Source: Sedimentisphaeraceae bacterium JB056 | GTDB lineage: Bacteria; Planctomycetota; Phycisphaerae; Sedimentisphaerales; Sedimentisphaeraceae | Reading direction: 5' to 3' | Assembly (NCBI GenBank): GCA_044440125.1 | Contig: JBITAJ010000004.1 | Coordinates: 64,001 to 128,000 of the forward strand | Length of the DNA stretch: 64,000 nt | In this document: in pieces, positions 18,546 through 28,436 of the stretch | Layout of the letters: each line of letters opens with the position of its first letter | Position numbering within the stretch: position 1 is the stretch's first letter | The notes under the pieces: model-generated | Database searches by the model: none | Told to the model about the DNA's origin: nothing | Seen by the model: only the letters and a program-made list of their open reading frames with translations | Position numbers and translations under genes: made by a program

Positions 18546-21038
18546 ATGCGTAAGGTTATAATTATATATCTGACAGTTTTTATCCATTTTCAATCAATAG
18601 CCTCCACTCCTGTGCTTAAAAGCGGCAAACCTATACAGAATACTAATTCCGCAGCACCATTCAGAGGCCCAGGCCTGGGCAACAAACTAATAGGAACAGC
18701 TTTTACAAGTCCTTCAAACAATAATAGACCTGACATATTCATACAGCACACGGTTCCACTAAAATGGAACAAAGAAGTATTGCTTTACCGATGGCAATAC
18801 GACACAGAGGACGGACGACCGGTATTCGACAGCGGCACGGTAATAACGCATCAAATAGCAAAACAATACACCCCAAGATACCTCTTTCAAACTAAAGATC
18901 ATTCAATACATTGCATATGGACAGACAGTAAAAGTATGATTTACTCCATACTTGATATTAAAGAACTAACTTTTAAGGAAACTGACAAATTTGATGTAAC
19001 ACAAACACCTCAAATTAACAACACCATGACAGCCTTGTCAAACTTTGATGGTTCAACAAATTTGATATTTTCTGTATCTCACGGCAATTATATGGGTTGG
19101 CAAGCATTAAAAATGCACACACGAGGAAATGTTTACGACCCGTTCGATGGGGCTGGTATTTGGAGAGGAGAAATGCCAACTGCCGACCTTTATACAATAT
19201 CCTTAACTGATATTCAGCAAAACAAAGCTAATAGCTTAAAAAAAATAACATCCTCATCAGAGTCTGTTTTACTTCATCATGGCTGGTCGATGACAACTGT
19301 AAATCTCGGCAAAGGACACGAAAGAGACATTATAACCGGAAGCATGCTCGGCAACTTCTACTATTTCCAAAATATTTCACTAACAAACATAGAAATAGCT
19401 AAATCAGGATACATAATAGACCCTCAATACACTGCCATACGACATCCCGCCAACAGTCCATCTCCAATAGCATATCCAAATTTCAAAACCGGTCTATCTG
19501 ATCTACTGGTAACAAGCGAAGGTTGGATGTCTTATTATCAGTTCACAGGTGAATTCAAAGATGAGATGCCGGTATATAAAGCTTTGGGACCAGCCTTAAA
19601 AGTTGATGGCGAACTTACATTCGGCACACTCCCCGTTATCAATGTAGTTGACTGGAACGGCGACAATCTACCCGATATCATATCAGGTAATTCTCACGGC
19701 ACAGTACTATTGGCAGAAAATAAAGGCACTAAGGATAAACCGTGTTTTATCACAGGAAAAAAACTTACTGTAAACAATACGCCTATTTTGATACAACCCG
19801 GATACAGCGGCTCAATACAAGGACCTATGGAAGCACGTTGGGGATACACTTGCCCTACAGTAACCGACTGGAACAGTGATGGCTTGCCGGATATGCTTCT
19901 TTCGAGCACAGAAGGAAGACACCTTGTTTATATCAACAATGGCACAAAAGAACAACCCAACCTAACTGCTCCCACCCCTCTTTACTGTAATGGACTTGAT
20001 CTTCACGGCACATGGAGAGTTCAGGCTGCCGTAGGTGAAATTAAAAAACAAATGGCCTACATCACGCTTGACGATCAGGATGAATTCCACCTTTATTGGA
20101 GAATAGACGACTATAACGTACGTGATGGTGGCAAGCTTCATCTAACTGACGGCTCAGTTATACAAGCAAATTATCGCTACGCCGGCGGCACCGGTAGACT
20201 CAAACTACACTTAGCAGACTGGGATCAAGATGGTCATAAAGATCTTATTGTAGGAACAATGTTGGAAAGCTCTGTACCTTGTAAAAAAAGTGGGTTGCCA
20301 AGCTCATTGGGGAATGTTGGAGCAATGCCTTTGTTTCTGCGAAATTCAGGCTCCGAAGAGCTTAAATTTGAGAATCCAAGAGTATTTCAGTTTAATGACA
20401 AGCATATTCTCCTCGGCATCCATAGCTGCTCACCTGTGGTTGCTGATCTTGACAATGATAAGAAACTTGATTTGATTGTCGGAGAAGAAACAGGACGCGT
20501 ATTATTTTACGCACATGACGAGATCACCTTTTCAAACGTCAAATTACTCGATAACATTGTACCCAATTGTATATGGCAGAAAACAACCATCGACAGTTCT
20601 TGGCACAACAACTTAAACTGGTGGCGAGGTATCCCGGATAAAAAATCAAATGCAATTATAAAAAATAAAACCTCAATAGTATTAGACGCAATGAATACTT
20701 ATTGCAAAAATCTGTCTTTATCTGGCAATTCATCCTTAACTATTGACAAAAAACAAATACTAAACATTTTTGATAAACTTACATTAGAAGCCCAAGCCCC
20801 GGAAAAATCAAATATAATCATAAATGGCGGCAAACTTAAAGCATCAATAATTGACTTCAAATCATCGAATAATAACATAACTATATCGCAAGGTAACATA
20901 ATAACCAAAATAGAAAGCAGAAAAAAAATAGAAGAATATATAGCAAAGGGAAATATAAGAGCGTCATCCCCCAAAGATGATATATCAATTACAACCAATG
21001 GGAAGCTTATATTCATATCAGTATCTTCAAAGAACTAA
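18546..21038 (+). CDS. Secreted FG-GAP/VCBS-repeat beta-propeller protein
   Basis: Signal peptide from MRKVII; repeats DWNGDNLPDIISG, DWNSDGLPDMLL, DWDQDGHKDLIVG, DLDNDKKLDLIVG. Confidence 0.85.
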   Translation: MRKVIIIYLTVFIHFQSIASTPVLKSGKPIQNTNSAAPFRGPGLGNKLIGTAFTSPSNNNRPDIFIQHTVPLKWNKEVLLYRWQYDTEDGRPVFDSGTVITHQIAKQYTPRYLFQTKDHSIHCIWTDSKSMIYSILDIKELTFKETDKFDVTQTPQINNTMTALSNFDGSTNLIFSVSHGNYMGWQALKMHTRGNVYDPFDGAGIWRGEMPTADLYTISLTDIQQNKANSLKKITSSSESVLLHHGWSMTTVNLGKGHERDIITGSMLGNFYYFQNISLTNIEIAKSGYIIDPQYTAIRHPANSPSPIAYPNFKTGLSDLLVTSEGWMSYYQFTGEFKDEMPVYKALGPALKVDGELTFGTLPVINVVDWNGDNLPDIISGNSHGTVLLAENKGTKDKPCFITGKKLTVNNTPILIQPGYSGSIQGPMEARWGYTCPTVTDWNSDGLPDMLLSSTEGRHLVYINNGTKEQPNLTAPTPLYCNGLDLHGTWRVQAAVGEIKKQMAYITLDDQDEFHLYWRIDDYNVRDGGKLHLTDGSVIQANYRYAGGTGRLKLHLADWDQDGHKDLIVGTMLESSVPCKKSGLPSSLGNVGAMPLFLRNSGSEELKFENPRVFQFNDKHILLGIHSCSPVVADLDNDKKLDLIVGEETGRVLFYAHDEITFSNVKLLDNIVPNCIWQKTTIDSSWHNNLNWWRGIPDKKSNAIIKNKTSIVLDAMNTYCKNLSLSGNSSLTIDKKQILNIFDKLTLEAQAPEKSNIIINGGKLKASIIDFKSSNNNITISQGNIITKIESRKKIEEYIAKGNIRASSPKDDISITTNGKLIFISVSSKN

Positions 21039-21172
21039 TTAGAAGGGCTCCTTGAGGAACAACAAAAACAGAACAAGTTGAACACCAATCTAACTGCAAA
21101 TATATGCGTCAAGCCGCGCACGTATACTTACTGATTTCGAAGCGGCAAGACAAATTCAATTAGCAGAAAAAG

Positions 21173-21214
21173 AAAAAGCCTCAAAATCGCTAAAATAAGC
21201 AATTTCAAGGCCTT
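21173..21214. terminator. Degenerate hairpin adjoining the tRNA-Arg fragment
   Basis: aaaaagcctcaaaatcgct...aagcaatttcaaggcctt; imperfect stem in the same position as the hairpins next to the Thr copies. Confidence 0.4.
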
Positions 21215-21221
21215 ACAAAAA

Positions 21222-21267
21222 CACACCCACCAAGATTCGAACTTGGGACCTACGGATTAGAAATCCA
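21222..21267 (-). repeat. 3' half of tRNA-Arg(TCT): relic att site
   Basis: Minus strand TGGA TTTCTAA TCCGT AGGTC CCAAG TTCGAAT CTTGG TGGGTGT = anticodon arm, T arm and acceptor 3' strand; no D arm. Confidence 0.8.
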
Positions 21268-21293
21268 TTATTCGCATCATAAGCACCAATTTA

Positions 21294-21414
21294 ACAATGA
21301 CTTAAAACGTGTTTTCAAGCAACAAATAAGGATTACAAGTAAATAACAAGTAGAGACAAACAAGACCGACAAGTCAGTATCCACTGCAAATTGACGAACT
21401 TTTTGACGAACTAT
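21294..21414 (+). repeat. 121-bp direct repeat (copy 1; copy 2 at 52029-52149), att arm region
   Basis: 6 mismatches by eye; contains ACAAGTA x2 (11-bp period) and TTGACGAACT x2 (12-bp period). Confidence 0.9.
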
Positions 21415-21438
21415 CCTAAAAGCGTAATCACCTAAAAT

Positions 21439-22224
21439 TCAACAATGCAAACCTCCGTCCATTACAAGGTTTTCACCGGTAATGTATGCTGAGGCTTCTG
21501 AAGCGAAGAATACAACTACACCTTTAAGGTCGTCATCGGATGCCATCCTGCCAAGAGGAACCTTCTTTGAATACTTTTCAACAAACGCCTCAGGCTGTCC
21601 GGTAAAGAGACCACCAGGACTAATGCAGTTTACTCGTATATTTTGCGGTGCAAGCTTGCGTGCGAGATACTTCGTAAGCGACACCATACCACCCTTATGG
21701 AAATGATAGTCAGGTGGGGAATCCATATCAGTGCCTTCATAGAGCGAAAAGTCTGCCCCATAAACGCCCTGCATAGAACCAATATTAACAACCGTACCAC
21801 CGCCGCTTTGTGCCATTAAATCCGTCATCTCACGAAGGATGTCAAACATACCGGTAGCATTAATATCCATAGACTTTGCCCAAGCATCAAGCGGGTCGGT
21901 GTATTTTCTCATCGGTCTGGCTACCGCATTATTAACGAAAACGTCCAGCCTTCCAAACTCACTCTTAATTTTCTCTTTAAGCTCCATTATCGAAGCGTGG
22001 TCGGCCTGATCGGCAACCATTGCATAAGCCTTGAGCCCACGTTCTCGCAAGCTGAGAGCCAATTCTTCACCGGCATCCAGAGTTCGCGAGGCGGTTATTG
22101 CTATTGTACCAGCCTCTGCCAATGCCTGAAATATAAACTTACCATAAAGCCCTGCGCCGCCTGTAACAAGTACGACTTTATCTTCTAAACTAAACAACTT
22201 TTTTATATCCATCTTATCATCCAA
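21439..22224 (-). CDS. SDR-family oxidoreductase
   Basis: VTGGAGLYG, VNNA, YHFHKGG (YxxxK), VNCISPGG. Confidence 0.9.
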   Translation of the reverse strand: MDDKMDIKKLFSLEDKVVLVTGGAGLYGKFIFQALAEAGTIAITASRTLDAGEELALSLRERGLKAYAMVADQADHASIMELKEKIKSEFGRLDVFVNNAVARPMRKYTDPLDAWAKSMDINATGMFDILREMTDLMAQSGGGTVVNIGSMQGVYGADFSLYEGTDMDSPPDYHFHKGGMVSLTKYLARKLAPQNIRVNCISPGGLFTGQPEAFVEKYSKKVPLGRMASDDDLKGVVVFFASEASAYITGENLVMDGGLHC

Positions 22225-22235
22225 TGATTAAGTAA

Positions 22236-23186
22236 TTATATCAACCAGCCTTCACGAGACCACTTCTGGAGATCAAGAAACTCCGGGTCGGGGTAGGACA
22301 TCTTTTTAGCCTGCGACAAAACAGTTTCACTAAGACACTTGCCGCCGGTTACCTTCAGTGCCTGGTCAAGATACTCAAACTTATCAATACCAACCAGTAC
22401 GGAAGATATGCCCTTTTGTGAAAGCACAAATTTAGTAGCAAGCTCCGATAGCGTTTTCGTATCATCATCAAGCAATTCTCTATAAAGCTCACAATGCTCA
22501 TCTATTGCCTTGAGTGCAGGATGTAAAGCCCTGCGATTATCAGCCAGTATGCCCTTAAAAAGTACAGAGCGTACAACAATACCAACGCCCTTTTCGTGTG
22601 CCAACTCGAAAACTTCCTGCTGCTGCTGATCCATCAAGTTGAAAGGCAATTGGATCACATCCCAAACTCCGCTATTAATTGCCTCCAAAGACTCCTCGAC
22701 ACTGTACACAGACACTCCCAAAGACTTAGTGAGTCCTTTTTGCTTCATATCGCCAAACGATTTAACGAAGCTCTTATTCCTTTGATACTCAAGAAGCCCG
22801 TTATGAGCCATCAAAACATCAACATAATCAGTTTTGAGATTTTGCAGGCTTGTTTGAAGTGAGTCGCTTATAATGCCGTGAATATCACTATAGCTCAAAC
22901 TATTCAACTGACCAGGCTTGATATGAGCAGGCTTTGTACATATCACAACATCCTGCCTTTTATCTTCAAAAGCCTTGCCAATAAGCTCTTCACTCTTGCC
23001 GTAACCTCTGGCGGTATCAAAGAAATTGAAACCCTTCTCAAGTGAGGTGTTGAGTAAACTCACAAAATAATCATCATCTGGTCTTTGGCTACCCGCCTCA
23101 ATACCATAAGGCAAGCCGATACAAACGGCACCAAAAGAAAGCTCCGACACTTCTATACCAGTTCTTCCTAAAACATTCTTCTTCAT
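22236..23186 (-). CDS. Aldo/keto reductase
   Basis: LGRTGIEVSELSFG, FFDTARGYGKSEELIG, LKTDYVD, QLPFNLMD. Confidence 0.9.
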   Translation of the reverse strand: MKKNVLGRTGIEVSELSFGAVCIGLPYGIEAGSQRPDDDYFVSLLNTSLEKGFNFFDTARGYGKSEELIGKAFEDKRQDVVICTKPAHIKPGQLNSLSYSDIHGIISDSLQTSLQNLKTDYVDVLMAHNGLLEYQRNKSFVKSFGDMKQKGLTKSLGVSVYSVEESLEAINSGVWDVIQLPFNLMDQQQQEVFELAHEKGVGIVVRSVLFKGILADNRRALHPALKAIDEHCELYRELLDDDTKTLSELATKFVLSQKGISSVLVGIDKFEYLDQALKVTGGKCLSETVLSQAKKMSYPDPEFLDLQKWSREGWLI

Positions 23187-23207
23187 GATTCCCTTTTTAT
23201 TATTTCG

Positions 23208-24203
23208 TCAACTGTTAAGATTAAATAATCCGGCAGCGTTGTTGTAAAAAATATCTTCCAATTCCTCAGAATTCAATCCGCAAAAACGTGCGGCATGACA
23301 AAATGCACATAAATTCTCGTAAGCAAGAAACGTAGCCTTTGATGAATTATCATATGGGTCAATAATAATAGAATCCCAACCTGCACCAACACGCACGTAT
23401 GAACCTCTAAAACCTGAAGCTAAAACCAAATCCGTACCAAACAGTATTTTCTTACGATCAAATCCATTGAAAAGCTCCTCAAAAACACCAATGTCACAAA
23501 CTGCAGAAGTATCTATCCACAGATTATCTGCTTTAGGAAGCCTACCAATAGCCTGTCTCATATATGGAGTGATGAAACATCTTCCGCAATGCGCAAGGAT
23601 AAAATTACAATTTGGATATTTTTTAACAAGCCTCTGAATATCTTCAAGATTCTTCGCATCAGCCATCCCCGTCGGCTTTGCTAAGTGAAGCGTTATCGCT
23701 AAACCATATCTATCGGCAATCGCAATTTGGTATTCCGGAATCATCTCACAAATTGAAGCATTGTCCTGATTTACCAAATCAGCAAAACACATATAAGGCT
23801 TCAGACCGGCAGGCTTGAGTCTAACAACCTGCTCCTCTAAACAGCCAGTGGTCATTTCTGGTGTAACCAAAATCGAAAATCTGCTTCTTGAATCACTGGA
23901 GACCTCTGAGGCAACCCAATTATTTATGCCGACAGTATCGCAACCGGCAGTCGGCATTCCCATAACCAACCCCGATACTTCCACTTCAGGGAAAAGCATC
24001 AACCACCACTTCTTGAGCTTGGAATAATTAGTATTCTTCAGTAATGAATATTTCGAAACCGATACAAGACTAAAAAAATTTGGGTGAAACTTTTCATCAG
24101 AAAGATGAGAATGTGAATCAAATATTTTGCATGGCAAAAAATCCAATATTTCATTCTTATAAATAAAATCATCAATTTCATTTCTGTAAGATTCATCCTC
24201 CAT
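23208..24203 (-). CDS. Amidohydrolase_2-family metallohydrolase
   Basis: DSHSH, ILAHCG, IDTS, ILFGTD, IFYNNAAGLF. Confidence 0.85.
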   Translation of the reverse strand: MEDESYRNEIDDFIYKNEILDFLPCKIFDSHSHLSDEKFHPNFFSLVSVSKYSLLKNTNYSKLKKWWLMLFPEVEVSGLVMGMPTAGCDTVGINNWVASEVSSDSRSRFSILVTPEMTTGCLEEQVVRLKPAGLKPYMCFADLVNQDNASICEMIPEYQIAIADRYGLAITLHLAKPTGMADAKNLEDIQRLVKKYPNCNFILAHCGRCFITPYMRQAIGRLPKADNLWIDTSAVCDIGVFEELFNGFDRKKILFGTDLVLASGFRGSYVRVGAGWDSIIIDPYDNSSKATFLAYENLCAFCHAARFCGLNSEELEDIFYNNAAGLFNLNS

Positions 24204-24205
24204 AG

Positions 24206-24637
24206 CTAAGCCTTTCTGACAGTAAGCTTACACTTCGCCTTATGGCATTTGCTCAGGTCTATTTCATATTCAAAACCCAGCGGCTCAAGAACTCTGCGGT
24301 AGAGCGTATCGCAATGCTCACAATAATGTTCGTAAGGCTGTATATGCGTCTCATTGAGCAGTCTGCCTTTGCTTGGACAATCACGCATCTCTATCGTAAA
24401 GACACCATTAGCCTCATCAAGTTCCATACGAAAATCCGCAGCTTCTTCTGTTAATGTATGACTCCAATACTCCCAACAGCCAGCTATTCCCTTTGCCTTT
24501 GCGGACTCTCTGAGATTCCTGAGGAAGTTATCGGAAAGATTTTCCCAAAACTTAACCACTTCAGCCTCGCCTCCCTTTTCATGGAGAAACCTAAACAGTT
24601 CACTGTATGCCGGTATAAAATCAGTGCATGATATCAT
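24206..24637 (-). CDS. Small Cys/His-rich hypothetical protein (V4R/ATC-hydrolase-like pattern)
   Basis: MRDCPS, YCEHC and C-terminal KC; 4-bp overlap with upstream gene. Confidence 0.6.
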   Translation of the reverse strand: MISCTDFIPAYSELFRFLHEKGGEAEVVKFWENLSDNFLRNLRESAKAKGIAGCWEYWSHTLTEEAADFRMELDEANGVFTIEMRDCPSKGRLLNETHIQPYEHYCEHCDTLYRRVLEPLGFEYEIDLSKCHKAKCKLTVRKA

Positions 24638-25110
24638 TTACCTGCCTCCTGAGATTTCCAAAATTTTTGAACGCATTTGCCTTCGCTGCTTTTGTAGTTG
24701 CAACTGCAACAGTAACCGGCATCTTTGCAGACAGTCTCATTTACCACCTTTGTAGTAAGACAGAAGCTATCTGTACAGAAAAGACCATTCTTCTTTAGAT
24801 GGCTAACCGCCGAGCAAGCATCAATCGTCAAGACGAGCGTCTGATCTTCATAGCCAAGCTCATACTCGCCGCCTTCTCTGCTAAAAGTATCCTTCCAGTG
24901 ATTCTCAAGAGCCTTTAGCCCGTTTGCTTTCAGACTCTCGGTCAATGGCTTTAAATACGTCCTTGCAACCTGTTTAAGATATTGCTTAACAGATTCTATA
25001 CCGTAATTATCTTCAAGATATTTTATCGCGTAGCAGAGTGCCCCGTGAAAATCCTTGTGCAAATATTCATTATCAGACGCCTTGCAGTCTATTACTTTTT
25101 TATCTTTCAT
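24634..25110 (-). CDS. Small Cys-rich hypothetical protein, distant relative of 24206..24637
   Basis: HKDFH, IDACSA, SFC, GKCVQ; same helical N-terminus plus Cys layout. Confidence 0.6.
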   Translation of the reverse strand: MKDKKVIDCKASDNEYLHKDFHGALCYAIKYLEDNYGIESVKQYLKQVARTYLKPLTESLKANGLKALENHWKDTFSREGGEYELGYEDQTLVLTIDACSAVSHLKKNGLFCTDSFCLTTKVVNETVCKDAGYCCSCNYKSSEGKCVQKFWKSQEAGK

Positions 25111-25131
25111 TTTATCCGACCATACATATAG

Positions 25132-26049
25132 CTATAAAACATCTTTTTCTTCTTCAAGCATTTTGGCGATGTCGGCCTTAACCGATGCTGGGACATCATA
25201 GTTCAGATAACCGGCAGTCGTTGAGAATATACCCATCTGAACCAGCGTATATTTGAGACCTGTCAGCCAGCTTGTGATTTTCTTTCCGCCGTATGCAGGG
25301 TAGTATATTCGGTCGCAATGTTCCTGCAAGCCGTCAAGCTTATCAAACTCTCCTGCCTTAGCCGCATCAATCATCTGATTTGCAACAGTGCCGATTATTA
25401 TGCCGCCGCCAGCAAGGATACCATCGTAACCGGCCTTGAGATATTTTGGCATACCGAGTTCATAGCCTGTCATTACGAACAGGTCGTTGCGGGATTTTTT
25501 TGCCTCTAAAGCTATATCCATAATCTCATCATTACACGAAGAATCCTTGAATATCTTCACGTTTGGATGTGCGAGGATTTCCTTATACAGTTTAGCCGGT
25601 ATCTCTTTAGCTCCCCTGCTGTATATACCAATAGGAAGTTGAGATTTTTCCGCGGATTCGAGATAGTATTTAAGCAACGCTTCTTCGCTCATGCAGGCAG
25701 AAAACCACGGCTCAGCTATTACAGCAATATCACCGCCATCAGCTTTTACATCATTAATTTTATCTAAAACCTTTGAGTAGGAGTTGTCAGTAACCTGCAC
25801 GGCAACAAAAATATCATCACCAGCGGCTTGTGAAACAGATGAAGTAAGCTTCCTAAACTCACTTACCGGCAGATAAGGTCCTTCGCCGCAAGTACCGCCA
25901 ATAAAAATCCCCTGCTGCTTCAATCGTATATGATGTTTAACCATTCGCTCAACAGAGACAGTATCAACAGTTAAATCTTCCATCAACGGCGTAGGAGAAG
26001 CAGACCACGCCGCAGTTATAGCTTTAAGTTCTTTTTTCATATTTACCAC
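25132..26049 (-). CDS. DapA/NanA-family aldolase/lyase
   Basis: ASPTP, GGTCGEG, GIY, FKDSS. Confidence 0.85.
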   Translation of the reverse strand: MVNMKKELKAITAAWSASPTPLMEDLTVDTVSVERMVKHHIRLKQQGIFIGGTCGEGPYLPVSEFRKLTSSVSQAAGDDIFVAVQVTDNSYSKVLDKINDVKADGGDIAVIAEPWFSACMSEEALLKYYLESAEKSQLPIGIYSRGAKEIPAKLYKEILAHPNVKIFKDSSCNDEIMDIALEAKKSRNDLFVMTGYELGMPKYLKAGYDGILAGGGIIIGTVANQMIDAAKAGEFDKLDGLQEHCDRIYYPAYGGKKITSWLTGLKYTLVQMGIFSTTAGYLNYDVPASVKADIAKMLEEEKDVL

Positions 26050-26067
26050 AATATCTTTCTTCTATAA

Positions 26068-28434
26068 TTATACGCAACCTGAACAAACCAAAGGCTCACT
26101 TGTTTCAAATTTCTCTCCGAGGTCAACAAAAGGCATTTGAACCAAAACGTCAACCGTTACATTTCCTGTAGGAATCGGCAGTTTATTGCCTTCAAACGGC
26201 TGCCCATTAACAACCAAAGCGACATCTTCAATTTCCTCAACTCTTGAATAATTGAATTTATAAGTTGCCCCTCTCCACTTCCTGATAAATCCAACATTAT
26301 CCCAATCAACCGGCATACATGGTGAAACTTCCAGATAATTCACATGAGGTTTGATACCCATAAATCCTTCAAACACATTTGTCACAAGTGTTGCCGCAGC
26401 ACCGGTTCCCACTATATTACTTGTCCGACCTGCCGCTGCAGATCGCGGGCCATGCCAGAAATTAGGAAACCATAAAGGCACTGCTTTTGTTATTTCAACA
26501 TCATCAGGATTATCTCGCATAGGCAATACGCTTTTAATCATCTCAAGTGCAGACTGCGAAGCTCCTGCCGCAAAAAATCCATTGGCCAGCATTGTTGCAC
26601 CATGAACATAAACTGAACCGTTTTCGCCTGTTCCCGGCTCCTTAGCAGTAACTCTGCCAATATGCGGCAATGGAGTCTCAAATGGAGGTCCATAAAGCAA
26701 AGGCCCTAATTCTGTAACCAGATATTTATCGATAGATTTGAGCAATATCTCTTTTCTATCTTCTGGAACCACGCCCGCTATGAGAGGCCACGCCTGCATC
26801 ATAAGACTTACATGCCCATCGTCACTCGAACAGAACCTTTCGCCATCATCGGTAATGGCTCTTATATACCACTGTCCATCCCACGCATGGGTATTAACAG
26901 CATCAGCCAGCTCACGTGAGGCCTGCGTAAAACGCTCACTAACATCAAACATGCCAAGCTCATCCAGCAGTGGATTGAGGGCTTTAATCGCCCGAACCAA
27001 CGCCACGCTTGTCCACGGCGATTCGCCTATACCCTTTTTTCCGATATTATTGAGCGGGTCGCACCAGTCACCATCAAGCACAAGAACCAAGCCATGCCTG
27101 CCACGTCTTTGGAGTATCCAATCAATGCCGTTTATGATACACTGAATAATACTGGCCGACTTTTCACCATTAGCATACTCGACAGTTGTCTTAAAGAAAT
27201 CAATATCGCCTGTCTCTGCGGCATATCTACCTGCGGCAATACCTACCCACGAAGATATATCACTATAACGTGCGTTCATGAAGAACTCTATATAATCACC
27301 TTTAAGCAGCTCAGGGATTCGTGAAGATGTTCGAGCCATGTGTCCATCGGCTTTTGCAAGCGAACATACCGTCTTTAAGTAATAGTGAGCTCTATCAGGA
27401 TTAAACGGCAAATAACCCCAACAATCAAGCATATTATTACGCCAGTTGTGAGCAATAGATATTCCTCTATCAGAAATAACTTGTTTATGAAGCTGAGTCT
27501 TAATCCACACGTTAGTCATATAATTGATTGTGTCATCAGGCGTACTAACAGTATTGCTTGAAATCAGCTCATCATAAAAAGAAATATTCTTCTGCAATAT
27601 CGCGTCAAAATTAATCTTTGAAAATCTGCGAGCTATTTCCTCAGCATCATCAAGGTCGTCAGCTATTCCAAAGGCATAGTTTATTACAATAGTCTGCCCC
27701 TGCTTGATTTCAAGCTTATGTTGCAACGCCTCAATCAAAGTGGTAGCTGAAGCGTGTTTATTTGGTAGGATGGCATCATCCCAAAGCTTCGCCTGTGACT
27801 CGGGAGCATCAAAACTAAAAAGGCTGTCATTATCTCCGCAAAAAGAATCTGCCTTGATATCGGAAAGATAAAACCCACTATATTTGTAGTCAGGTGTCTC
27901 TGAACCATACTTTTTGACAAGCAGGGCTCCAATATCATCAAGATAAACCGAGCGTTCAAGCTGATTAAAATTTGATATACCTTCAAACTGTCCCTTATGA
28001 TAACCAATAAGAGAAATCTTGCGATCCGGTCCGTTATTAGTTATTTCAAGTCTATTAATCTCTGTATGAGAATCAGGATCAACGAATATTGTAAGATTCG
28101 TCTTTATGCCACTATCGGAAACTTGAAATACAGTTCTTCCCGGACGATGAGTACATTTATAGTCCTGAGCTTTATCAGCTCCCGCTCCCGCATTGAGAGA
28201 AAAACACCTGCCGCTATCAAAGTCTTTTATGCAGTAATTCCTGCCGAAAGAGACCTTGTTTGCCTCAGGACTCATAAAATGCGTAAGCCCCTCACCCCTC
28301 TGAGTTATCTCAACAATAAACTTACCATCAAAGCTATAAAGGTAGTTCTCCCAGGGCTGCGGAGTTGCTGGATCGTTAATTACAAAAGCCCTACCATTAT
28401 CAGAAAAACAACCCCATTTGTTTTTGAATTCCAT
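26068..28434 (-). CDS. GH94 glycoside phosphorylase (divergent)
   Basis: TPQPWENY, TPDDTINYMTN.W, GDWCD, GES.W, AWDGQWYIRA, GENG...H. Confidence 0.85.
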   Translation of the reverse strand: MEFKNKWGCFSDNGRAFVINDPATPQPWENYLYSFDGKFIVEITQRGEGLTHFMSPEANKVSFGRNYCIKDFDSGRCFSLNAGAGADKAQDYKCTHRPGRTVFQVSDSGIKTNLTIFVDPDSHTEINRLEITNNGPDRKISLIGYHKGQFEGISNFNQLERSVYLDDIGALLVKKYGSETPDYKYSGFYLSDIKADSFCGDNDSLFSFDAPESQAKLWDDAILPNKHASATTLIEALQHKLEIKQGQTIVINYAFGIADDLDDAEEIARRFSKINFDAILQKNISFYDELISSNTVSTPDDTINYMTNVWIKTQLHKQVISDRGISIAHNWRNNMLDCWGYLPFNPDRAHYYLKTVCSLAKADGHMARTSSRIPELLKGDYIEFFMNARYSDISSWVGIAAGRYAAETGDIDFFKTTVEYANGEKSASIIQCIINGIDWILQRRGRHGLVLVLDGDWCDPLNNIGKKGIGESPWTSVALVRAIKALNPLLDELGMFDVSERFTQASRELADAVNTHAWDGQWYIRAITDDGERFCSSDDGHVSLMMQAWPLIAGVVPEDRKEILLKSIDKYLVTELGPLLYGPPFETPLPHIGRVTAKEPGTGENGSVYVHGATMLANGFFAAGASQSALEMIKSVLPMRDNPDDVEITKAVPLWFPNFWHGPRSAAAGRTSNIVGTGAAATLVTNVFEGFMGIKPHVNYLEVSPCMPVDWDNVGFIRKWRGATYKFNYSRVEEIEDVALVVNGQPFEGNKLPIPTGNVTVDVLVQMPFVDLGEKFETSEPLVCSGCV

Positions 28435-28436
28435 AA

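Noticed and set aside
21222..21267. Functional tRNA-Arg gene
   Set aside because: No D arm or 5' acceptor strand; fragment only.
21294..21414. CRISPR array suggested by short direct repeats
   Set aside because: Only pairs of 7-11 bp repeats with no spacers; no cas genes in the window.
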